Shown one piece after another: positions 1 to 8,091 of a DNA stretch of 10,407 nucleotides (position 1 is its first letter; every line of letters begins with the position of its first letter). A program made the position numbers and the translations under genes. The notes below the pieces were generated by a model, which saw nothing but the letters and a program-made list of their open reading frames with translations, did no database searches and was not told the origin of the DNA. This DNA comes from Azolla caroliniana (taxonomy: Eukaryota > Plantae > Polypodiophyta): positions 1-10,407 of the forward strand of contig JBHGNT010001275.1 in NCBI GenBank assembly GCA_043228905.1, written 5' to 3'.

Positions 1-159
1 ACCTTGTATTATGTTGAGTCTTTCTCCTTTGTTAATATACTTTACTTTGCGTATTCTCTGTGTCTTACTCTTTGTCTCTCTCTCACTCTCTCTCTCTCTC
101 ATACACACACACAGTTCACACCTATTCCGCTACACAAGAATCATATCCGATTCTTTACA
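1..159 (+). repeat. 3' part of an LTR from a family related to element A, in opposite orientation (3' LTR or solo LTR; cut by the window edge)
   Basis: Ends GATTCTTTACA (149-159), the same terminus as the element A LTR on its sense strand. Aligns by eye with the reverse complement of 160-340 (shared CCTTGTA, TTGTTAATATAC, CT/CA tract, TTCCGCT-CACAAGAATCA). No PBS follows, so it is not an intact 5' LTR. Confidence 0.85.
76..112 (+). repeat. Imperfect (CT)n-(CA)n microsatellite inside the LTR U5 region
   Basis: tctctctctcactctctctctctctcatacacacacac read directly; mirrored by the GT/GA-rich tracts at about 200-240 and 5340-5380. Confidence 0.8.
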
Positions 160-624
160 AGAATCAATGGTGATTCTTGTGAAGCGGAAGAGATGTGAGT
201 TATGTGTGTATGTGTGAGAGAAGAGAGGAGAGGGGAGAAACACAAGATAGATAAGAGACAATATGAAGTACTCAAGAAGAAGAAGGAGATGTATATTAAC
301 AAGTAGAATATCAGATACAAAATAACGTTACAAGGAGTCACAACCGACTTAATATGGAGTAGGAGGAGGGTGCTTTATATAGAGTCACCCTCTCTCTCTT
401 CATTTACTCACTATAACGTTCACTCTCTCACTAGAGCCTCGAGGAATGTGAAGTCTTATGGTCATGGGGAATTTGGAACCATTAATTATGTGTCATAGAA
501 TATGAATCTATGACACATAGTCCAATGTGTAGAGAGTGGTGGTGTGACTCTTGACCTTTGAGTAATCATAGATTCTCAAAAGGTGTGTTCACATGTTGCT
601 CTATGTTGAGCTTGATTCTCAACA
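160..624 (-). repeat. 3' LTR of element A (terminal 5 bp missing)
   Basis: Starts TGTTGAGAATC on the minus strand at 624, right after the PPT. Matches 5300-5741 with 13 substitutions and 2 indels (3 and 20 bp) by manual count. Lacks the + strand TGTAA seen at 5295-5299. Confidence 0.97.
374..381 (-). promoter_or_regulatory. Putative LTR TATA box (3' LTR copy)
   Basis: Minus strand CTC-TATATAAA-GC in mid-LTR, the typical position and context for a plant LTR promoter. Confidence 0.6.
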
Positions 625-638
625 TGCCCCCTCAAGCT
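625..638 (-). other. Polypurine tract of element A
   Basis: Minus strand AGCTTGAGGGGGCA immediately before the TG of the 3' LTR. Confidence 0.9.
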
Positions 639-1297
639 CAACTCAGGTCGGCTGCTTTCAGTTGATGTCCACTTCGGCTGATATCCGGTTCAGACGATCT
701 CCGTTGTCCGTTTCGGCTCGTACTCTGTTCGATCGGTATCCGATTCTCGCTTGTACTCCCCCTCAAGCTTGGCAAGTCAGGGATCATCAATCCAAGGTCT
801 GACATCAATTGCCGAAGCTTGTCGGCTCCTAGGGCTTTCGTGAAGATGTCGGCCGTTTGGAGATTTGTGTTGATGTGTAGAAGGTCGATATCTCCGGCCT
901 GAACACGCTCTCGAATGAAGTGATAGTGCACTTCGATATGTTTTGTGCGTGCGTGGAACACCGGGTTCCGAGCCAAATAAATACTGCTCATGTTGTCGCA
1001 GTAAAGGGGAGTCAGATCCTTGATGGGAATGCCCAGATTCTTCAATATCGTCTTAAGCCATACGACATCACATGCAGCTACGGCTGCGCCCCCGTATTCT
1101 GCCTCCGTACTTGAAAGAGCGACGGTAGGCTGCTTCTTGCTACTCCACGAAATCGCTCTACTGCCGAGGGAGAAGATGAATCCGGAAGTTGATCGTTGAT
1201 CGGCTTTGTAGCCAACCCAATCGACGTCTGTGTATCCTTCGAGTCGTATTGGTGTGGCCGATTTGTAGAGAATACCGTAATCCATTGTTTCGTTCAC
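638..1297 (-). pseudogene. Copia RNase H domain (open fragment of pol) with a C-terminal extension
   Basis: GYTDVDW, SWSSKKQPTVALSSTEAEY, YCDN, HARTKHIEVHYHFIRE, QTADIFTKAL. In frame with the upstream RT C-terminus but separated by a TGA at 1301-1303. Confidence 0.95.
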
Positions 1298-2347
1298 ATA
1301 TCATAATACTCGCTTAGCGTAATCGAAATGGATATCTCGCAGAGTTTGCATGAATTGGCTAAGGAGTCCGACCGGATAGCTAAGGTCGGGTCATGTTATT
1401 ATGAGATAGATGAAGCTCCCGATCAGTTGTCGATATTGAGTCAGATCGCACTAGTTCGTGCCGTAGTCGGCATCTAGTTTGAGGTTTCTATCAAGAGGTG
1501 TAGCGATCGATTTGCACTTAGTCATCTGGAACTTGTATGACAAGTTGAGAATGTAGTGCTGTTGAGAGATCATAATGCCGGCCGGAATCCGAATTACTTC
1601 GATGCGAAGGAAGTAATGGAGCTCCTTCATGTCCGTCATCTCGAATTTTCCAGAGAGGAGGGACTTGACCTTGTGGATGTCGACTAGAATTTCACCTCCA
1701 ATGACCAGATCATCCATGTATAGGATGATGACAATTAAGCTTCTAGAGTCATGTCGTGCGTAGAGGGAGTTGTTGGATTTTGAAATTCGAAAGCCGATTT
1801 CATGAAGATATTGCGTAATCTTCGAATGCCAAGCATGCGGTGCTTGCTTGAGGCCATAGAGAGGCTTCTTGAGTTGGCATACGACGTTTGGATGAATGCG
1901 CGATTTGTAGCCGGGTGGTTATACCATGTACACCTCCTCGTCTAATTCTCCTTGAAGAAAGGCGTTCTTGACATCCATTTGATGGAGGTGCCACCCTTTA
2001 GCCACTGCAAGTGCGATCACGGTCCGCACCGTCGTCATCTTTGCCACCGGGGCAAAGGTTTCTTCGTAATCGATGCCTTGTGTTTGTGCATATCCTTTCC
2101 CTACAAGTCGAGCTTTATAGCGGTTGACGGAGCCGTCGGCATTATACTTCCCCTTGTAGATCCATCTACATCCGATCGCCTGCTTGTGCGGTGAGTGGGG
2201 AACAATATCCCATGTGTCGTTCTTGCATAGTGCATGCATCTCCTCGTTCATTGATTCAATCCATTGCGGGTCCTTCGTGGCTTCAGAAAAGGTTTCCGGC
2301 TCCCGTATTGTTGCGACCTTCATCATAAAGGCGTAATGGTATGCCAT
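1298..2347 (-). pseudogene. Copia reverse transcriptase (RVT_2 type), disrupted
   Basis: [71 protein letters not shown] (1709-1720). Stops at 1919-1921, 1451-1453, 1391-1393, 1301-1303 and a frameshift near 1800. Confidence 0.95.
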
Positions 2348-2457
2348 ATACTCATTGTAACCGAAGCGGCTTACGGCATTTTGGCCTTCCCTTTGTCCAA
2401 CTTCGGACTTGGTCGAGATGTGCTTTGATCGCTCAAAGGATCTTGTGGTCCGCTCAG

Positions 2458-3400
2458 TCAGGTCGTGATCAGACTTTCTTCATCCTCTATCTCTTGTTCG
2501 GTGGATTCTGGGTTGAGCGGAATCAGAGTTGAAGTTCGCTCTGGTGCGTACCAGGATGCGAACTTGTCAAAAATGACATCTCGACCCTTGTACCCCTTTT
2601 GCTCCAGTGAGTATCCTACGAGGATACATTTCTTCGACTTTGGGTCAAGTTTTTGACGCTTCTCGTCGTGGATGTGCATGTACGCAATGGAGCCGAATAT
2701 CCGAACATGCGATAGATCCGGCTTCTTTCTGAAAAACTTCTCGTCGGCGTGAGGTCATGCACGCCAGATGTCGTACACCGATTCATGAGGTATACGGCCG
2801 TGTTAGCCGCTTCTGCCCAGTACGACTTCGGCACGTGCTTTTCGTTCATCATGGGCCATGCTACTTCGAGGATGTGCTGATTCTTGCGTTCGGCCACTTC
2901 GTTTTGTTGTGATGTATGTCGACACGAAAACTCTCGCCTTATTCCTTCTTTTCGTAGAAACGCCGAAAATTCATTGGAGAAGTACTCCTTGCCTCCATCC
3001 GACCGAAGACATCGTACATGTCGGCCCGTGGCTTTCTCGACTTCATTCTTAAATTTTTGGAAGTGTCGAAACACTTCACTCTTTTATCGCATTGGGTAGA
3101 TCCAAGTGTGCCTAGAGAAGTCATCAATGAAGGTCACATAGTATCAGCATTCGCTGAATGTCGCCGTTTGAGCCAGACCCCATATATCGGAATGAATTAT
3201 GTCGAGTACGCCTTTGCTCACGTTCCGCTCCTTCGGAAATGGGTGCTGATGTTTCTTGCCGAATTGGCAAGTGGCACACATGCCTTCAATCTCTTTCTCC
3301 GTGAATGTTGGGAGCCCGATGACGACTCCTTTCAATTGCATTGCCTTGAGCTTTTGGAGGTTGATATGGACAATCCGCTTGTGCCATAACTCTATGTCAG
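2458..3400 (-). pseudogene. Copia integrase (HHCC zinc finger, DDE core, SH3-like C-terminus), disrupted
   Basis: LWHKRIVH...CATCQFGK, IHSDIWG, LRSDGGKEY, AERKN, YWAEAANTAVYLMNR, KLDPKSKKCILVGY. Stops at 3144-3146 and 3084-3086, frameshift near 2745. Confidence 0.93.
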
Positions 3401-3499
3401 AATCGGCTTTCATGCCCTTTGCAAACATGGCCGATTTCAGCTCGTGTGAGTTGAGAATGAGCATTCGGCCCTCTGTTCGTCCACATGCGATGAGTCGGC

Positions 3500-3790
3500 C
3501 CTCTTTTCCGATGAAGCAACCGCCTTGATTAAATCGTACTTGCATTCCTTGCTCTACAATTTGGCCGACGGAGACCAAATTCTTTGTGATAGTTGGTACA
3601 TGCAAGACATTTTTAATATAAATTTGCTTACCTTCTTCTCCGAATGGAACATTGCCGATGTGTTGAATCGGGTGCGTAGTATCGTCTCCGGTTTTGATAG
3701 AGCCGGGTCGGTCCGGCTCTCGAAGTTCTCAGAACCATTCTTGATGCGACGTCATATGGTTCGAGGCACCAAATCGACGAACCATACGTC
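3500..3790 (-). pseudogene. Copia aspartic protease, disrupted
   Basis: Manual translation gives WFVD(S)GASNHMTSHQEWF with a 1-bp deletion in the Ser codon (3771-3772) and a TGA at 3729-3731, followed by NVLHVPTITKNLVSVGQI. Confidence 0.88.
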
Positions 3791-3849
3791 TTCCGGACCG
3801 AAGGCATTAGTAGAAGTAGAGGCCGACATAGAATTCGCTCTATGTCTCA

Positions 3850-5122
3850 TCACGAACATTCCGCTGCGATCATCATAGTCAAAGTTGATGACGTAGTTGG
3901 TGAGAACTCACATATCTTCTTATAGCATTCTTCTTCATGGTGGCCAACTTTCCCGCAATATCTGCATTCGATTGAGGTTTGTCGGCTCGGACCAGAATGG
4001 TGGCTCCCCCTTCTTCCGAAGGTTCCCCGATGGCCTCCATCTTGTTGCCATAATTGAGAGTTGTTTTCGTAAATCGGTCCGCCTCGTCCGCAGCCGAATC
4101 GGCCTCTTCTTGCACGGCCACGTCCTCTTCCTCTTTCCAAATGCGTGTAGAGCATTTGGCCATCCGAGGCACTACTCCGTCTTCAAACATGGTTTTCTTC
4201 GACCAAAAACATGGATTGAAGATCGAAGAACGAGGGTGGATTCTCTCGTGCTAGTACGGTAGTCCGCATCGCACCGAATCTTGGTGCAAGGCCGGTGAGG
4301 CTTATTTGCACCATCTCGTCATCCTCCATGTTTATGCTTATCGAGCCGAGTGAATCACAAAGCTCCTTGATCTTCAAGGTGTAGCTCGTGATGGACATAT
4401 CCCTTTGCTGGATATTATTCAACTCTTGGTGGAGTTGAAGCTTTCTCGCGGTAGTGTTGGCGGCGAAAATCTTTCGTAGATTCTCCCACGCTTCCTTTGG
4501 CGTCTTGGCTTCTCGAATGTACCCGAGCATGTGGTCGTGAACACATGTCGCCAAGCAATAAATCACTTGGCTTGCCGCTTGCTCCCATGTTGCATAGTCG
4601 GCGTCTTCTGGGTTGGGCTGATTGTCTTGTGCTCCTTTGATGTAGCTCCAATAGCCTTGGCCGACAAGGTATTGGTGCATCTTGTACTCCCAAGATGCAA
4701 AGTGTTAGGAATAAGGTCCCTGAAGATGGGAAGTTGAGAAGAACCGTGTTGATGAGTAACTTGGCCGAGGCCGAAACCGGAAATCCTAGAGATAACCAAC
4801 CCGGAAGGTGAAATTTGTAAATAGTCGAAAGGTTACATAGCCGCATATAGGCGAAGTAGGATCTCGAGGTCGTTGCCTATGAGATCTCTCATAGTGTTCT
4901 GTTTTGGAGTTTGTGGACTCCACGTGGTTTTTGTTCCCAATTCGGGTTTCCACGTTAAAATCTGTGTCATTCTCAGTTTATGTATTCTGGTTTTCCTCTC
5001 CATTACATTGACTATTATTTCACACATGCAAACCGGTTGTGGCTGGCAATGATTTTTATCTTCACAAAGTTGTTGCGATCCAACTTCTCGCTAGGGAGAG
5101 TGCTCCCCATTTCAGTATTCAT
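3850..5122 (-). pseudogene. Copia gag (UBN2-type capsid, RG-rich linker, CCHC zinc knuckle), split by a solo LTR
   Basis: Removing 4703-5069 restores MNTEMGSTLPSEKLDRNNFASWEYKMHQYLVGQGYW. In-frame TGA at 4183-4185, then RGRGRGRARRGRFG and CRYCGKVGHHEEEC (3925-3966). Confidence 0.93.
4703..5064. mobile_element. Solo LTR (362 bp) of an unrelated family inserted in gag; probably minus-sense
   Basis: TG...CA termini and a perfect 5-bp TSD CAAAG (4698-4702 and 5065-5069). Excision restores the gag frame. The minus strand shows an A-rich 5' half, TATA-like CCTATATG (4844-4851) and a pyrimidine-rich 3' end. Confidence 0.92.
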
Positions 5123-5282
5123 TGTCAATGTAGATTTCTTCCTTCTTTTCTTTTCCTTCTCTCTTGAACACGACCTATGTAGTCGCACTACGATAATGAT
5201 GAGTCGGTTCTTCTTGAACGTCGGCATGGAGCACAACACACGATCACGATGAGGCGAGTGGCCTAGATCGAGCTACCAAATC

Positions 5283-5294
5283 GCTCTGATACCA
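5283..5294 (-). other. Primer binding site complementary to the 3' end of initiator tRNA-Met
   Basis: Minus strand TGGTATCAGAGC directly after the LTR terminal CA; the canonical plant LTR retrotransposon PBS. Confidence 0.96.
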
Positions 5295-5741
5295 TGTAAA
5301 GAATCAATGGTGATTCTTGTGAAGCGGAAGAGATGTGAGTTATGTGTGTATGTGTGAGAGAAGAGAGGAGAGGAGAGAAATACAAGATAGATAAGAGACA
5401 ATATGAAGTACTAAAGAAGAAGAAGGAGATGTATATTAACAAGTAGAATATCAGATACAAAATAGCGTTACAAGGAGTCACAACCGACTTAATATGGAGT
5501 AGGAGGAGGGTGCTTTATATTGAGTCACCTCTCTCTTCATTTACTCACTAGAGCCTTGAGGAATGTGAAGTCTTACGGTCATGGGGAATGTGGAACCATT
5601 AGTTATGTGTCATAGAATATGAATCTATGACACATAGTTCAATGTGTAGAGAGTGGTGGTGTGACTATTGACCTTTGAGTAATCATAGATTCTCAAAAGG
5701 TGTGTTCACACGTTGCTCTATGTTGAGTTTGATTCTCAACA
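5295..5741 (-). repeat. 5' LTR of element A (447 bp)
   Basis: TGTTGAGAATC...GATTCTTTACA termini (9/11 inverted match), followed by the PBS. TATAAA at 5514-5519 on the minus strand. Outer flank is TGTGC (5742-5746). Confidence 0.97.
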
Positions 5742-5930
5742 TGTGCAATTTACTAGGCTGATTGTGGCTTACGGTTTTTTTTTCCGTAATTAACTATCCG
5801 TGCAAGCTCGGGGATACCTGTCCACCACTACGCACCACAACCTCTTGACCCGATTAGCTTAAGAATAATCGAAGGTGTCATCTTGAAGTAGAGACAAGGC
5901 AATTTTAGCACATCATTAATTGACATAATG

Positions 5931-6560
5931 CTAAGGGGGGACTAGACTGCTCATTGATTGCACTTGCTTTATTGTTGGGTGATGAAGATTTACCACCACC
6001 CCATTGTGTCCATCCAAATTGTCCAATAATACTTTGTCTATTCTCCTTCCGAAATACGCGATAAGATACTTATCTGCCCAATCCAATCCCAATATAACAT
6101 CAAATCCTATTATTGGAACTACTAGAAAATTTATCTTTCCTTTCCATGCTTCCGCTTCCATAGGAATATCCAACGCCGAGAACCCAACATTGGTTGAGCC
6201 TTGCACAAAGCTTATGGATATGTCCTTTAATGGCATAGGTTTCAATCTGAATTTAGTGACGCACTCGAGAGTTGTAAAGTTATGTGTTGCTCCACTATCA
6301 ATCATGGCATTGCAAGCATGACCATTGATCTTGGCTGCCAAGTACAAATTATCAATGTGAGAGACACCCACAACAAAACAAAGGGGTTTTATCTTTGTTG
6401 CCCCTGCCATGACCTCCATTACCCCATCCTCCACCTCATCAAGAATGTCGAGCGGTTCATTGTTTTTGTTGTCCAATCCCTCATCAATATCCCTAACATT
6501 GGCTTGGGCTACCACGACTTCTGGTGATTTTTGTCGAGGACATTTAGATGCATCCAAAAC
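5931..6560 (-). pseudogene. Ty3/gypsy aspartic protease region
   Basis: AKINGHACNAMIDSGATHNF (DSG at 6291-6299) and FLVVPIIGFDVILGLDW, both gypsy-type retropepsin motifs. The N-terminal part of the computed ORF 5931-6689 is an off-frame read of gag. Confidence 0.9.
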
Positions 6561-7340
6561 AACCCCTTCGAAGATTTGGGAGCCTTTCCCCATTTGATGT
6601 GGATGCGATGATCTTTCGTGCTCCACCACTATCCCCCCAATTATCTTTGGACATAGTAGGTGATATGTTGAATACACTTTGCCCTTCACTACTAAAATCG
6701 TGTCTTATAGGGAAGTTGATGGACGATTTCATTGCTCGAAATGGTTGTTGAAGTTCTTCGAAATCACCAGTTCATTCATCTAGTTGAACCGCCATCTCCA
6801 AATTCATCGGTTGTTGCTTTTAAATCTCCATCCTGATTTTAGATCTTAAACCAAACAAAAAATCATGAATTTTAGTCACTTCATGAAAATGAGGAAGCTG
6901 TTTAGCATGAGTTGTCTATACTTGTTGATAAACTCCCCTCTCCTTGCCTTAATTTCCTCCATTCATCCATCAAACGAGTTGTTTCATTTGGTGGCATAAA
7001 ATATTGCCGCATTCGAGTTGTGAAGGCTTGCCATCCCATGAAATGATATGTGTTCTCTTTGACAAGATACCAATTTAAGGCCGACCCTTCTAAAAAGTTT
7101 GTTACAGATATGGTCCACTGGTTTTGAGATATACCACTTTGTTGAAGAAAGTGTTCTACCTCATGAACACCACCTATTCAAGGCTAGTGATTTTCGTTCA
7201 CCTGAATACATCCGAGGTTCGATTGGCATGAACCTTCCGTGTCCCCCTTCTATGCCCCTATTTGCATTTTTGAGGAGATCTAATATTTCTAATCGATCTT
7301 TTGGTGGGGATTGGTTGTGGCCATCATTCGTCTCCATGAG
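6534..7340 (-). pseudogene. Ty3/gypsy gag (Retrotrans_gag type), heavily disrupted
   Basis: Manual translation across frameshifts: EPRMYSGERKSLALNRW / HEVEHFLQQSGISQNQWTISVTNFLEGSALNWY (7067-7093) ...WQAFTTRMRQYFMPPNETTRLMDEWRKLRQGEGS / HDFLFGLRSKIRMEI*KQQPMNLEMAVQL, and a broken knuckle CFGC/ASKCP. Confidence 0.85.
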
Positions 7341-7979
7341 TCTTCTAGTTGTCTCTTCTCGTGACTCTTACCCGTCTACTTCCAACACTTCATGGAGAGA
7401 TCTGAATTCGATTGCTGCCGTTTCTTCGAAATCAAAATACTAAAACCAAAATACTAAAAAACGATCATACTAATATGTTTTGTACATTAACATTATTCTA
7501 ACAAATTTGTTATTGGGATCACATAGGTCAATTGCAGATATATCTTCTTTTTTGATGAATCCGCTCGTGATGAAATGTGACCAAATATAAACAATGCATT
7601 AAAGAAGTCGAGGGAATGTTTCAAATGAACATGGATCGGTGTGGTTCACATATTAAATAAAACCTTTGAATGTATTAGCTATGTTTCTTAATCGAAGTTT
7701 TCATGTATTAACCAAATATTAAGTAACAAAGTTCGTTTCCAATTGTCATATCAGCACATCACACATGTGCTCTTTGTCATGCTACACATATTTTGTTTCA
7801 AAAGTTTAGTCCATTGTTGTAGTTCGGTGTCGATTGAGTTTGTGAAGATGGGTTATGTATGTTCTTGACATTGATGTTCATTTCCTTTGATTTAACTTAC
7901 TAATCTTGTGTTTGAATCCATCTTCATGGATCTTCTAGATGAATGTTCTTGATGTTGTACTTTAATTCCTGATGGGAAC

Positions 7980-8091
7980 CTCTAATATACCGTAACTATG
8001 AATATATACAGAGTTTGAATGGATCATAAACAGGTGGTAATGTGGTAATGATTGATGGGACATTTATAGGTTGGAGTTTTACTTATTGGAA
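7980..8091 (-). other. Possible degenerate PBS and 3' part of the gypsy 5' LTR, with a TATA box
   Basis: Minus strand CCTATAAAT (8061-8069), then ...GTTAC-GGTATATTAGAG (7980-7996), which resembles an LTR end GTTACA plus PBS TGGTATCAGAG. The match is degenerate. Confidence 0.4.

Larger units (their letters stand above)
160..5741 (-). mobile_element. Ty1/copia LTR retrotransposon (element A), near full length, defective
   Basis: Two direct LTRs (160-624, 5295-5741), PBS, PPT, and domain order gag-PR-IN-RT-RNase H on the minus strand. IN before RT defines copia. Confidence 0.97.
5742..8091 (-). mobile_element. Old Ty3/gypsy retrotransposon remnant (probable LTR piece, leader, gag, protease)
   Basis: Gag and protease pseudogenes are clear. 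The outer limits are set only by the neighbouring copia LTR ends, and assigning 7440-8091 and 5742-5930 to this element is inference. Confidence 0.65.

Noticed and set aside
4-341. Hydrophobic 64-72 aa ORFs in the LTRs (4-198, 11-217, 141-341, also 5263-5481)
   Set aside because: They are translations of CT/CA-rich LTR sequence that cross element junctions, with no evidence of coding function.
1709-1720. YMDD (lentivirus/HBV-like) instead of YVDD
   Set aside because: A single CG-to-CA change (TAC GTG to TAC ATG) in a pseudogene full of such changes explains it.
4183-4185. TGA inside gag as a programmed read-through site
   Set aside because: It lies before the zinc knuckle and fits CGA-to-TGA decay like the other stops.
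593-4737. Many + strand ORFs antisense to gag-pol (e.g. 3018-3389, 3525-3878, 3897-4262)
   Set aside because: Expected shadow ORFs opposite a GC-richer coding strand; no recognisable motifs.
4703-5069. Solo LTR acting as an intron that restores gag (GT at the left junction, pyrimidine tract plus CAG near 4720 on the minus strand)
   Set aside because: The spliced product reads TTT GGA CCT TAT TCC TAA, an immediate stop, and the donor is weak.
5800-5850. Minus-strand GTGGTGCGTAGTGG resembling a tRNA/SINE A-box, and CAGGTATCCCCGAGC resembling a PBS
   Set aside because: No B-box or cloverleaf, the PBS match is poor, and no LTR end is adjacent.
7099-7443. 114-aa + strand ORF
   Set aside because: Antisense to the decayed gypsy gag; no motif.
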